A stretch of DNA of 63,928 bases, filler included, from Octopus bimaculoides (Eukaryota), in the NCBI RefSeq assembly GCF_001194135.2. It is 4 parts of 4 records of this genome, joined end to end, with 100 filler letters (N's around TTAATTAATTAA, not from the genome) between each part and the next. Parts side by side here need not be neighbours in the genome. Positions count along the whole stretch, not along the records: positions 1 to 30,358 come from NC_068986.1; 3 more parts are not named here. One strand, 5' to 3'. Below the pieces are notes generated by a model, which was given only the letters and a program-made list of their open reading frames with translations, ran no database searches and was not told the origin of the DNA. Both the position numbers and the translations under genes were made by a program. Positions 12,250-25,035 of this stretch are shown one piece after another (positions within the stretch are counted from its first letter, which is position 1; each line of letters starts with the position of its first letter).

Positions 12250-13250
12250 TCAACACCTTCTAGAAAGACATGAGCAGGGTGGAGATTCTAGAAGATCTTC
12301 AGACTGGAAATAGTGCAGGGCGTAGTTGGGAAGGGTTGCGTGTAAGGTGGGTGTTTGGAAGAAGAGAGACGAATGAGTCGGCACTGACTGAGTGGAGGAT
12401 GAGGCGAAACGAGATGATCCTTCGATAATTTGGGCACTCTCTTGTCTCCTTTTTAAAATTGAGATCATTACTTTGGATTGACATTGCTTTGGTATCTTTC
12501 CAAAGATCTAAGCCGTTTGACATACACGAGTCGGTTAGTAAAAAACCTTCTCTACTTAAGGCTTTTAACATTTCAAGTAGAATTCCATCCCCTTCAACGG
12601 CTTTGCCACATTTGAGCGCTTCAATCGCCCCTGTTATTTCAGCTTCCTTAAGGTTAGTCTTCGCCCATAGAAGTACCTTGTGCCCACCAGAAGTGTGATT
12701 GGATTTAGCAAATCAGCAAAATATTCTCTCCATTTCTGACTTTTTAATGGCCGGTTTAGAAGATGATTTCTTATTACGAAGTCAGCGAATGGTCAACCAG
12801 AATAATTCACTGGCCAATCTAAATCCAGTGTTCATTCTAACCCCAATGTCCTCCCATGACATTGCCTTGAACGTTTTAACTCTCTCTGCAGCAACTTTTC
12901 GTGCCTCATTGTCCTGCATCTGCAAACGGTAAGACTTATTTCCAAGCCAAGCTTTGTAAGTCTCCTTCTTTATTCGAATGGCGTGTTTACCTTTCTAGTT
13001 AAACCAGGGTGTTCTTTTACGACTTGTTGCTTTCGTCCACAGCATTATACGGCTGAAGAAGAAACTACCGAACGAAACAATCACCATTCCGTTTCGGCGG
13101 CCTCCGTTTGTTCGAGATGTTCCCTGAATTTGGATGCAATATTTGTCCGCATATTTGTTTCAGATCCCATTATCTGTTGGGGTTTCCTACTTTATCCTGT
13201 AATATTCACTGAACTTTACAGCGTTGTGAGTTTTCCCTGCTGTAGATAGT
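12250..13250 (-). mobile_element. Degenerate RTE-clade LINE fragment (endonuclease-RT linker and start of RT)
   Basis: Minus-strand translation gives EAEITGAIEALKCGKAVEGDGILLEMLKAL and, with frameshifts, K(G)DKRECPNYRRII, typical RTE motifs. Probable 3' remnant continues to about 11830. Confidence 0.75.
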
Positions 13251-13308
13251 CTAAGGTTGCTGACAACTAGGTGGCGATTAGTTGATAGCTTAGTTCCCCT
13301 CTTTAAAC

Positions 13309-13454
13309 TGCACAGCCAGAAAATTTATGAAGTAAGGATTTTATAAGCTTCTTTAGTGTACGTGAATAGCTTGTTTACATTTTGTGTGATAGGCTGTTCA
13401 CATACACTAAAAAAGCTTATAAAATCCTTACTTCATAAATTTTCTGGTTATGCA
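13309..13454. repeat. Foldback inverted repeat, 62-bp arms, 22-nt loop
   Basis: 13309-13370 is the reverse complement of 13393-13454 with 5 mismatches. Confidence 0.9.
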
Positions 13455-13559
13455 ATATACACCCAACATACTTTCAATATACTAAACTAAAATGAGCCAG
13501 TGAGGAACTGTCAATGTAGTCACAAAATTTGTTCATTTCACGTCTGTATTATCCTTAGA

Positions 13560-13939
13560 GGAGGCGCAATGGCCCAGTGGTTAGGGCAGCGGACTCGCGG
13601 TCGTAGAATCGCGGTTTCGATTCCCAGACCGGGCGTTATGAGTGTTTATTGAGCGAAAGCACCTAAAGCTCCACGAGGCTTCGGCAGGGGATGGTGGCGA
13701 ACCCTGCTGTACTCTTTCACCACAACTTTCTTTCACTCTTACTTCTTGTTTCTGTTGTGCCTGTAATTCAAAGGGTCAGCCTTGTCACTGTGTCACGCTG
13801 AATATCCCCGAGAACTACGTTAAGGGTACACGTGTCTGTGGAGTGCTCAGCCACTTGCACGTTAATTTCACGAGCCGGCTGTTCCGTTGTTCGGATCAAC
13901 TGGAACCCTCGACGTCGTAAGCGACGGAGTGCCAACAAA
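13560..13939 (+). mobile_element. tRNA-derived SINE, family B, with TSD
   Basis: Near-identical to the 8696 and 18529 copies. TSD tatccttaga at 13550-13559 and 13940-13949. Confidence 0.9.
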
Positions 13940-15383
13940 TATCCTTAGAATACTGTATACCATCATTTAAGGGGTTTCAGGCCTAAGTTCCACGAAAACG
14001 AATAATCATAGCTAACGCTCTGTCGATGGAGTTAACCCCAAACAACGAGATCGAAATATATTCGGTATTTAAACTTAGATTATATTTTGTACCTCTCTCT
14101 ACCAGCACTTAGTCATACTGTTTCAAGTGCCTATATTGATTTATTTACCAATTTCTGTAACTGAATGAAGATTTTTGTCTTTGCACCAAAATGTTCGGGA
14201 CTTTTGTCACTGAAGATAACAAATCAGTGTCTAACGACCTGCCGACAACATTGTGAACGGGCTCCGTACTTTTGAACACACAATTCTCAATGAGAAGTTT
14301 GTCTGGGACCGTTCTACGTTTGTATATTCATTATAAATGTCATAAACATCTTTGCTTTTCCTTCTGTTTATGGTTTCGTATGGCCGAATGCCATCTATTC
14401 TGGTTCCACACGAATGCAATGTAATTCCTTTTTAACTGTTCTTGAGTATATAGCACATGTAATGGCAGTTTGTTTTAGGATTCAAGCTTCATTCAATAAC
14501 CAGTCTTTTACGTTAGACATCTATATTACACCATTCCTTCATTTATCGATTTCCTGCTGGTTAGTGAAAATTCAAAAGCTGGATTTTAAATCATACAATT
14601 ATAAACAGTGGAAATATAATAGTTGAATATTAATTTGTTCTTATTTTGTTATACCACGTTGCTTTGTGTAATCGTGTTTATTAAAACATTTATTATTATT
14701 GCTAGCCATTAAATGAAATAACTTCTTATTGAAAACCAGGGAAAATGTTTACACTCTTGGATTTATATCATACTTTTATAAATAAACCAATCGATATTTT
14801 TTGCGTGAGAGTACTCGTAAGCAAACATCTAGTGAACATACGTTCTATTGAGAGATATTATTATACTGGAATAATGAGAGTTAAAAATGTGAAGAAACAT
14901 ATGTTCTTAACGGTAATTGATTCACCAGCCAATTGTATAAACTATGAAAATCATGTATCGGTTGGATATAGTGTTGGTTAAAATTAATAGATAAAACATC
15001 TATTGTGTTGCAACAACTGCTACATACACTGTGGGGAGATGTCAAAATGTGTATCATGAAAAAAAAATAAGATGTGTTTGGAAGAAAATTTCCAGCACAA
15101 ACAAAGAAAAAAAAAAGGCATGAATGAAAACAGCATAAAACAATAAACAAATCATAAAATCCTCACACATTTACGAAAACGTGTTGCGTATATGCGTAGT
15201 CTAAATAAGAGTGCGTTAAGTTGTGTATGTATTGCGTGTATGTGTACAAATGGGTTGCTGTGGCTTAGTCGTTAAGATGCATCTCTGTTTGCTAGCTAAA
15301 GTGTCGATCTTTCACACTATATCAGTGGCTTTTTGTTGTGGCTTTGTATACTGTCAATGTATAGATATTATGTCAATGTAGAT

Positions 15384-15815
15384 TAAGGCGGTGAGCTGGC
15401 AGAAGCGTTAGCACGCCGGGCGAAATGCCTAGCGGTATTTCGACTGTTTTTACGTTCTGAGTTCAAATTTCGCCGAAGTCGACTTTGCCTTTCATCCTTT
15501 CGGGGTCGATAAATTAGGTACCAGCTACGCACTGGAGTCGATGTAATCGACTTAATCAGTTTATCTGTCCTTGTTTGTCCCCTCTATGTTTAGCTCCTTG
15601 TGGGCAATAAAGAAATAAGAAACGTTAGCACGGCGGGTGAAATGCTTAGTGGTATTTCGTCTGCCGCTACGTTCTGAGTGCAAATTCCGCCGAGGTCAGC
15701 TTTGCCTTTCATCCTTTCGGGGTCGATAAATTAAGTACCAGTTGCATACTGGGGCCGATATAATCGACTGGCTCCCTCCCCAAAAATTTCGAGCCTAGTG
15801 CCTTGAGTAGAAAAG
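15384..15815 (+). mobile_element. Dimeric family A SINE flanked by one 20-bp TSD
   Basis: Two tandem units with different tails. gatattatgtcaatgtagat occurs at 15364-15383 and 15816-15835. Confidence 0.9.
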
Positions 15816-16302
15816 GATATTATGTCAATGTAGATAAAATGTCGATTCGTTGTTTATTTGAGTAACTCAGGCATACTTCAGACAATATAGGACAATACAG
15901 GGACCAATAGATTTTAAGAAAATAATCTGAACAAAGGTAATGTAGCGGATGCATATAGATTCCGGTCATTCGTGCTGTGTCTTTTTAAAAACTTCGGATA
16001 GAAGTGAGCTCTATCTTTTGCATTGTTATCGTCTGAAGTTTCAATAGATAAAAATCACGAAATAAAAAGTGAGAAAATATAGAGCCAGAATCCGTAAAAA
16101 TTTCTAGAAAATTTTCAGAGGTTACACTTAATTCGGGTAGGGGAATAAGAAATAATGGTCGTGGAATGGTAAGTAAATGTTATGTGGTTATGTGGGCATT
16201 ATCAATTCATATATAGTTTACAAGATCAAAAATTTTGTAGCGACATAATTTAAGACTCACATCTATCCGTATGTACATACATATATACATTCATTCATAC
16301 AT

Positions 16303-16345
<43 letters not shown>

Positions 16346-16376
16346 TACATACATACATACATACATACATACATAC

Positions 16377-16415
<39 letters not shown>

Positions 16416-17534
16416 TGTCTGTCTGTCTGGCTGTCTGTGTCTGTGTCTACAGGATTCCAGGGGTTGATGAGTCTAAAGAAACTACGTCCGGCCGGTCGGA
16501 GTAAAATGCCCAAAGATAATTTTATTCAATACACAGGTGCGCGCACGCGTGTATGTATATGTATACATATACATAAATATTTACGGAAAGATATCTGAAA
16601 GTAAACGGAAAGATATCTGAAATCTGAAAATTGGGTAGAAATATACGAATGGTAAATAGTCTCACATATGCAATATAGTGAACTGAAGCAGCACTTCAAT
16701 CGACTAAGATTATCCAAGTAATTAGTACCCCATAACTACATTAGGATTGTTTAAAATCTAAAAAGAGGTAACTCCAATATGATCAGTTAAGGAAATTTTT
16801 ATACAACATCGATTGAAATGGATCAAGTCTTTCAAGCCTAACTGGTGAAAGCAAAGAACATGTTTCGGTCTTATTAGACCTCATCAGTGAATCATAATAT
16901 TCCATTGTAAAAGTGAATGATTGATATATGTATTACAAAAACAAAAAAGGGTGTACGAACGTCGATTATGAATATTAACAATATGGTTAAGATGGAATAC
17001 TCCAAGGGAGCCTCCTTTGTACCAAGTACAGCTAAATGAAACGCAGTGGATTGAAAAGCCTCGATCAGCAAAGATTATTCAAGCAGTTAGGCAAAACTCC
17101 CTGTCAGATGTTTGAAATATTAAAAATAAATAAATAAATAAATAAATAAAAGACAGCAGAACAACAAACAAGGGTGATAACTCCCAAAAAGGTCAGATGA
17201 TCGAACATTTTGTAAAATATAGTCAATCGAAATTTGAGTGAGTGCAATCCTTAAAACGAACTGAGAAAGGCAAAAAATAAAGATGTTTCCTCTTATTTAG
17301 CTTCCTCAACAAAACGTATACTACGCAGTTGGAAAGACTAAGGTCGATACATTCAGAATATATTGATCTTAGTCTTTCTATCTTCAGTGACATAAGAATC
17401 TAGAGTAAACCGGATAATAAGATAAAGAAGAAGAAACTTTCTTTGTCGCTTTCTATTGTTGAACTAAAAACTGAATTTCGCTTATATACAAATGGTATTG
17501 CAACTTTGTGAATTTAACAATCTGTCTCTTTTTG

Positions 17535-17542
17535 TATATAAG
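17535..17542 (+). promoter_or_regulatory. Candidate TATA box (TATATAAG) of the secreted-protein gene
   Basis: TATATAAG starts 58 nt upstream of the ATG at 17593, which opens a signal-peptide exon. The spacing fits a TSS about 30 nt downstream and a short 5'UTR. Confidence 0.55.
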
Positions 17543-17592
17543 AACGATCCCATTGGAATTGGCTGCCCGAGTGGAAAGATACTTGTACAACC

Positions 17593-17653
17593 ATGCAATT
17601 CACAGGAATCTTCTGTCTTTTCGGCGCATTCGTGTGCCTTCCAACTATCTACG
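17593..17653 (+). CDS. Exon 1 of uncharacterized secreted protein (signal peptide)
   Basis: ccATG context. Encodes MQFTGIFCLFGAFVCLPTIY plus 1 nt, then donor G|GTAGGT. Joining to exon 2 gives ...TIYA/SVLRL, a plausible signal-peptidase site. Confidence 0.8.
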
Positions 17654-18528
17654 GTAGGTATATCATGTATATAAACAGCGTAACATACAACAAATATAAT
17701 TGATAATAGTCTATGTTTTGATATCTTGTAAAAATGCTAATAAGAATGATATCGTTGCCAACACATTAAATACATATCGTTGCTTATGTATTACTCTAAA
17801 CAACTCACTTAAAATGTTTTAGTTTTTTTGTTAATGTTTTAGATATATTTCAGTTTTGTAATTACGTGGAAATGATCAATTTTAATTGAGTATCTATTTA
17901 ATGAATTTTTAAAATTAATTTTACCGACTTAAGGTGATGGTAGTGATATCACATGCACAGTTAAATTCCAAACTAAATGCCTTGCAGTGTTTAGTTTCGG
18001 TTTGAGCTTAAACTCTTTTGAGGCTAACTTTACGTTTAATACCTACAGGGTTGATGAAAATAAGTACCAGTAATGGACTACCATCAGTTCAATCGATTAT
18101 ATATCTACCGTAAAAATCTCAGACTTTACGAGCCAAAACGAGCCTCTACCTGGCCATGAAAGCTGCCAGAAATAACAGGCAAACACTTTTCAAATCAAAT
18201 TGCACTCCATCCCCCGCACATTTCTCTCTCTCTTTTTCTCCCCTCTCTCTCTACGTCTTTTCTCCTCTCTCTCTCAAAAAAGAAAAAATGACATTCAACA
18301 ATATAATCCTCGGACTGTTAGGATGGCTTGATCACTTTTGATCACTGGTCTGTTCGATCAAGGCTATCCTGAGTCTAAATAATAACAATCTATAATATCT
18401 TTGTGTCAAAGACAAAAGTCAATAGTTTCGCACATTTAAGGAATTTAACAACGTATCTCATAGACACCTACATCAGATATTAACATATTGTTACTACATG
18501 AATTTTAATGTCTATGTTAATCGTAGCA

Positions 18529-18920
18529 AAGTGGAGGCGCAATGGCCCAGTGGTTAGGGCAGCGGACTCGCGGTCATAGGATCGCGGTTTCGATTCCCAG
18601 ACCGGGCGTTGTGAGTGTTTATTGAGCGAAAACACCTAAAGCTCCACGAGGCTCCGGCAGCGGATGGTGGCGAACCCTGCTGTACTCTTTCACCACAACT
18701 TTCTCTCACTCTTACTTCCTGTTTCTGTTGTGCCTGTAATTCAAAGGGTCAGCCTTGTCACACTGTGTCACGCTGAATATCCTCGAGAACTACGTTAAGG
18801 GTACACGTGTTTGTGGAGTGCTCAGCCACTTGCACGTTAATTTCACGAGCAGGCTGTTCCGTTGATCGGATCAACTGGAACCCTTGGCGTCGTAAGCAAC
18901 GGAGTGCCAACAACAACAAC
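18529..18920 (+). mobile_element. tRNA-derived SINE, family B, in intron 1 of the secreted gene
   Basis: Full-length copy. TSD taatcgtagca at 18518-18528 and 18921-18931. Confidence 0.9.
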
Positions 18921-19386
18921 TAATCGTAGCAGAATATAACAGGAATCATAAGCAACTGCTTGAGTTCTCTCTTTGTTTCTTTATTATTCTGACTGTTGTT
19001 TGAAGTCAGTAAATTAGGATTTGAATTAAAGTGCAGTTGATTCAACATTTTTATTTATGACTTAATATGTTCTTGTTGTCTTTGTGAAATATGAAAGTAA
19101 ATATATAAACTGGCAGGCAAGATATTCCGAGTCCAACAAACTGAAACTAAAATTAATGGCGTCATTGATTTTATGCGTAGCATTTTTATACGAATGAACA
19201 GCAAAAGATATAGCTACGGTAATTAAGAGCTCAATTACCGTATTTTGCGTTTTATTTCTAAATGTATTAAACAGTTGCCTTGCATCTAATGCGGCCGTAT
19301 TGCGGATGGGAGTCCAAGTGTATGTCAGGAAGCCAGATAAGCATGAGTCCACTAGGCTCAATAATTATCACTAATAATGATATATT

Positions 19387-19574
19387 GGTTTCAAATTTTG
19401 GTACAAGGCCATCAATTTTGAGAGTGGGGGTTAGTCAATTGCATCGATCCCAGATTTCAATTGGTATTTTATCGAAACGATGAATCGAAGAAGTCGACCT
19501 CGGCGGCATTTGAACTCAGAATGTAAAGACGGACGAAATGCCGCTGAGCATTTTTGTCCGGCGCGCCATCGATT
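19387..19574 (-). mobile_element. SINE family A copy with TSD
   Basis: Core match; TSD actaataatRatatatt at 19370-19386 and 19575-19591. Confidence 0.85.
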
Positions 19575-19868
19575 ACTAATAATAATATATTAAAAACAAG
19601 CCAAAATATCACAATCTGTTAGTACAAACTTACGAAAAATTGCTTACGGTACGTTAGCAATTATGTAGTGTTCCACCCTGGTGGTTGATCATTGTTACAT
19701 GAAACATCACAGCCAGAAATACAAGTTTATGCATCCTGTATGGCTATTTTCTCGCCCAAAATATAAACATCTATACAGTTGAAGTGTTAGACAATAAAGT
19801 TTAAATACGGTACTCCTATAACGTAGTTCGTTTACGGTAAATTTATGTTTTCATACTTTATTCCAGTA

Positions 19869-20045
19869 TACTGTATTTACTTGCACAGAACCATAAATTT
19901 TCCTCTAAAAAGTCACTTTAAAATATCTTGCAATAAATGTATTATGAAACATGCTAAATAGTTTGTTCCCCTTCCTCCAAATATCATTGGAAAATAAAGA
20001 TGTGTCTTATGCGAAGATGCGTCTTATAGGCCGGTAAATATTGTA
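19869..20045. mobile_element. Possible pogo/Tigger-type MITE remnant
   Basis: Imperfect terminal inverted repeats tactgtatttac / gtaaatattgta; internal gatgcgtcttataggccggtaaata. Confidence 0.4.
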
Positions 20046-20247
20046 ATAAGACATAGTTAAACTCCGTTGTTATTACGCTGCAGTAGATCATGATGGAAGA
20101 AACCTGCATGCATGTACAGAATAGGCTAAAACGATTGCTGAAAGCAACACATTTAGAATAAATGATTCATTATTTTCTAGCTGTTTTAATAACTCTGAAT
20201 GTAATTGTATAAACTGATTAAACAAAATTTTATTTTACTTGCTTCAG

Positions 20248-20292
20248 CGTCTGTCCTGCGCTTAGATGAGATGATGAAAATCATGTCTGCAG
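20248..20292 (+). CDS. Exon 2 of uncharacterized secreted protein (45 nt, phase 1-1)
   Basis: Acceptor ttttattttacttgcttcag, donor CAG|GTAAGT. Encodes (A)SVLRLDEMMKIMSA in frame with both neighbours. Confidence 0.8.
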
Positions 20293-21063
20293 GTAAGTTT
20301 TTCTACAATACACTTAAGGAGAAAGGTTTCATAATAATACATTCTAACAACAAACTGGTAGAAAAACAATTAGGTTCTAAATGATATACCATGCTTCCGA
20401 TTTGCTAAAAACCAAGTAACACTCTCTAATATGAAGATATTCTTCGCATAAAGTACAGTGTGACAATGCTGGAATACTGTATTTGCCAAGTGCAATGTGG
20501 ATCCAAATGTAATGTGAAATCCCCAAACTTGTGGCAAAATATTTGAAACAAATGATGTGGTTTCACAGAATCTTGTTGTAGACATCAGATAAAAAAAAAG
20601 AAAGAAACTGAAAAAGATGAGGTTTCTCTCAAAATATTCGTTTATTCGTTGACACGAATTTCCGGAGAGCCACGTCTCCACAAAACGCACAACTGGTTAA
20701 CACACATGAAGAAGCTGCAGCAAATTTGATGTTGATGGATAAACGACGAAACTTGCCGTATGTGTGTATATCTGCGATGGCCAAGTCGTATGCGCGACAC
20801 ACGGCACCCGTTGTATTCAACACAAATATTCTGACGCAGTTGGGGTGACAATGGTAATGGGGGTGGGCTTGTGTGAAGGGGATTGTAACGCCTCCCGCGG
20901 GCCACACTTTAGAGAACAAGGAAAGTCACTACATTGAGAATGTCCGGATTAAAGGGTTAGAAAAATATATAAAAGGCTCTTTATGAGCCATAAGTTTCTC
21001 TGATTCTGTAATGTATATATTTCCCCCACTGGACGGGATACCGATCTGTCGCAAGATTACTTA

Positions 21064-21265
21064 TTAGACCTAGGAAGCTGCACCGCTTCCTGTCGGCCTT
21101 GACACATTTCCTGTGTTCTTATTTTTACAAGTTTTCTTGACATGTCTATGTCTCTGGATGCAGGCTTAGCTGGGTGGAGGTGCTTGTCCCCCCCACCCTT
21201 GTAAACATAAGGACACAGGAAATGTGTCAAGGCCGACAGGAAGCAGAGCAGCTTCCTACGTCTAA
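21064..21265. repeat. Foldback inverted repeat / MITE-like, 68-bp arms
   Basis: 21064-21131 is the reverse complement of 21198-21265 with 5 mismatches; 66-nt spacer. Confidence 0.9.
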
Positions 21266-22619
21266 CCAACAGTAGTATTATTCCCTTCAGGGGACTGTCA
21301 CATTAAGTTGACAGCATACAACTACTTCAAGAGAACTTCAGTTCTGTTTTATGGAACGCATCATCGACTGGTCAACGATACTAGTGGACTTGCATGTAAG
21401 ATATCTGCAGCTTAAACTATAATAATATTGATACTAGACCTAGAGGTGAGACGGTATGTCATTCATGAGATCGCAAGCGTCAGAGAAACGATTTTAAAAT
21501 AACCTGACGGGTTGATTCGTTGCTCTTTTAGTTTTAGTTCCTCCGAATGATTAATCAAACTGTCCATTAGTTAATTGGTTAAATGTTAACGAATTGACTG
21601 ATGAAAATAAAAGAATTTAAATAGAACCAGTGCGTGTGTATATATATATATCATTGGCATAATGGCCCTCCCGAAATACAACAAAATCTGTTTCGACACA
21701 CGAGTTCACATGAAGAATATTGTAAACCAAATACAAAAACAAAAAGAAAACAGAAATACAGAAGAGGAACAAGTAAATGGTAAATGGCTGGTAATGGTAT
21801 TAGTCATCATGATAATGAGGAAAATAAATTAAGACTGAAAATAAACGCGCGAATTTATAGTTATCGGTTTGGTAGGATATATTAATAGTAGCAATGATAC
21901 TGGCGATGATGACGTCGCGGTGGTGGTAGNNNNNNNNNNNNNNNNNNNNNNNNNNNNNNNNNNNNNNNNNNNNNNNNNNNNNNNNNNNNNNNNNNNNNNN
22001 NNNNNNNNNNNNNNNNNNNNNNNNNNNNNNNNNNNNNNNNNNNNNNNNNNNNNNNNNNNNNNNNNNNNNNNNNNNNNNNNNNNNNNNNNNNNNNNNNNNN
22101 NNNNNNNNNNNNNNNNNNNNNNNNNNNNNNNNNNNNNNNNNNNNNNNNNNNNNNNNNNNNNNNNNNNNNNNNNNNNNNNNNNNNNNNNNNNNNNNNNNNN
22201 NNNNNNNNNNNNNNNNNNNNNNNNNNNNNNNNNNNNNNNNNNNNNNNNNNNNNNNNNNNNNNNNNNNNNNNNNNNNNNNNNNNNNNNNNNNNNNNNNNNN
22301 NNNNNNNNNNNNNNNNNNNNNNNNNNNNNNNNNNNNNNNNNNNNNNNNNNNNNNNNNNNNNNNNNNNNNNNNNNNNNNNNNNNNNNNNNNNNNNNNNNNN
22401 NNNNNNNNNNNNNNNNNNNNNNNNNNNNNNNNNNNNNNNNNNNNNNNNNNNNNNNNNNNNNNNNNNNNNNNNNNNNNNNNNNNNNNNNNNNNNNNNNNNN
22501 NNNNNNNNNNNNNNNNNNNNNNAAATGGCTTATAAACACCTTCCACGCTGCAATTGTTTTCGTTCCAGCACACGATCTCAGATTAGGTCACTTGCAATGC
22601 AAGTACATCTCCGTATATA

Positions 22620-22673
<54 letters not shown>

Positions 22674-22872
22674 TACATGTGCACGTACATATGTATATAC
22701 ATATGTTTATATATATATATATGTAAGTATGCATATCACACACATACACGTATATGCATTTAACTAATAGTATCCAAGTTCACCACCAAATTTACTTGAA
22801 ACTACACAGTCTCTGTTATCATCTGTTTTTAACAATAATTCTATATGTAATAAAGTTCTTTCTCACCACCAG

Positions 22873-23078
22873 ACGTTGAACCACAAGGCGGTTCTGTTGA
22901 ACCTATCGAAGGACTAAAGACCGTTTCAGAGGTTGTTAGAGATGCTAGAAATTATATGAGAAATACAGATGCAAAGACTTTACTGGCTTCGCAGACAGTT
23001 CCTTTTAACTGTGGTCTAGCCCCAAGTCTTGGTAATCTGACTAGAAAAGTATTTCAAGATATGGATCGCAATGTACAG
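22873..23078 (+). CDS. Exon 3 of uncharacterized secreted protein (206 nt, phase 1-0)
   Basis: Acceptor tctttctcaccaccag, donor CAG|GTAAAC. Open frame (D)VEPQGGSVEPIEGLKTVSEVVRDARNYMRNTDAKTLLASQTVPFNCGLAPSLGNLTRKVFQDMDRNVQ. Confidence 0.85.
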
Positions 23079-24239
23079 GTAAACAATTTCTCTGAATTTC
23101 TATAAACTGCACATTCTCTAACGTTCCCATATCTCCATAAATGCCGAATAATGCGTATTCCTAGTTAACTTTTTACTATTCCTAGTTACTTTTAACTATT
23201 CCTAGTTAACTTTTTACTAGTTAACTTTTTACTAATATATTGTAAATATATTAATGCTAAAGTATATATTGTTTGTTATTTTATGTGGATAATGTGTTTT
23301 TTTAATTAAATAATATATCTATTGTTCTAGATAAGGATAAAAAATCTTTACATTTTATTTTGATTACAAATTATCCATACCTTTTAAAACTTGCTTTTAC
23401 AAGGTTTGCATACTAGAAATGGGTAAGAAACAAAGACATTTATCTGGTTGTATTAATATAAAAATTAATAGTTAAATGATATTCATGGGAAACTCCAGTT
23501 ACTAGTAAGATTGTAGACAAACAGAAGGATAGTGTATGGTGTTGGAAGCAAAGCCAGCGAAATATGGAGATTATTTTCGTTGAGAGTACTTTTAAGAGAG
23601 CTATCATAGTTGCGAGATGGTACGTGGGAAGTGTCCATAGTGTTAAAGATTCTCATAAAAAAGGATCAGAACTTTCTGCTGCAATTTGGAAGGCGAGATT
23701 GCTTGCAGGCTGTACTATGGACAAACTCATCCTTTGTTTCTTCAATAGAAATCATGTAGCAATGCAATATTATGCTTGGTGGATAAAAGCTTTCACGTTG
23801 GAGATGGTGAACGACTTCTTTTTGGGATGATAGATTGTGTTCTTTGGTCACAGGGCGGCAGCGCAACTTAGCATAAATTGTGCAATGGTATTGTATGGTA
23901 GAATGACATAAAGTGTATTGCTCTGGTTAGGCAGTAATTAGACGATCCGATCCGATGAATATAAAGACAGCGATGCCTTAGAAAATGCTATTTGGTTTGT
24001 CAATGTGCCTGTGAAACAATTTGTTGTAAATCTATCGCAGTGAATTAATAGTGAATGAATAATTCAATATCCGTAATTTCATCGCAAGGCAATTTACATC
24101 GTGGGCAGATTTAGTTATCGCCACTGTAGTATTAGAGAAAATGTAAATGTTATAAAACGAAAGGAATGAATAATGAAGTATTATGTCCTTTCGTCATTTT
24201 CAAGCAATCGTAAAAAAGAGTCATTCACTTCCTATGTGC

Positions 24240-24415
24240 ATTTGTTGTTGGCACTCTGTCGCTTACGACGTCGAAGGTTCCAGTTGATCCGATTAACGGA
24301 ACAGCCTACTCGTGAAATTAACGTGCAAGTGGCTGAGCACTCCACAGACACGNNNNNNNNNNTCGTGAAATTAACGTGCAAGTGGCTGAGCACTCCACAG
24401 ACACGTGTACCCTAT
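24240..24415 (-). mobile_element. 3' part of family B SINE (partly duplicated across a 10-N gap)
   Basis: Reverse complement of the family B tail (tgttgttggcactctgtcgcttacgacgtcga...gcactccacagacacg). Confidence 0.85.
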
Positions 24416-24425
24416 GCTGTAATGC

Positions 24426-25035
24426 TCTGATTGGCTTCCAGAAAGCTGTAATGGACAACACCAATTGCAGACTGTCACCATAATCTTTTGATGATGCAAC
24501 TTTGGCTTTGGGAAATGTTTGGGGGACTCATCACGATCAATCCATTGACCTGATCGTTTATGGTTAACATAAAGGATCCATTTTTCGTCATAAGTGACTA
24601 TTCGGTCAAGAAGACGATTATTGATGTTTCGCAGAAAGAGCATCGAGCACACTTCAAAACGCCGAACTTTTAATTTTCATTGATCTCATGCGGTACCCAA
24701 TTATCGAGATTTTTCACCTTACCAATCTTCTACAGATTGCGGGAGACCGTTGCAATACCAACACTAAGTGCCTGAGACATTTCTCTGACACTTAGAGGTG
24801 GGTTTCGTTCAACAATTGCTTTCAGTTGTTCATTGTCAAGATTGTATGACCGTTTTCTACCTTCTTCATATTCAAGGCTCTCATCACCACAACGGAATTT
24901 TTGAAACCACCTTCGTACTGTGTGATCACTTGTGGACTCCTCTCCCTGTGCTCTGTTGATGTTGGGAGGCATTGTACCCAAGTATTGTGCTCATGTAAGA
25001 AAAGTAAGCGAAGGCCCTTTTTTGTCATGTTCATA
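24426..25035 (-). mobile_element. Mariner transposase remnant (N-terminal half) in intron 3
   Basis: HTH region TVRRWFQKFRCGDESLE..EGR, WVPHEI motif, and first catalytic Asp in RIVTYDEKWILY. Several stops; truncated next to a SINE. Confidence 0.9.

Noticed and set aside
8696-18920. tRNA genes at SINE heads (also 7286)
   Set aside because: A and B boxes are present, but heads run into conserved non-tRNA bodies with TSDs and no complete acceptor stem; these are SINEs.
24303-24415. ~50-bp direct duplication inside a SINE
   Set aside because: The copies flank a 10-N gap; typical unmerged contig overlap.
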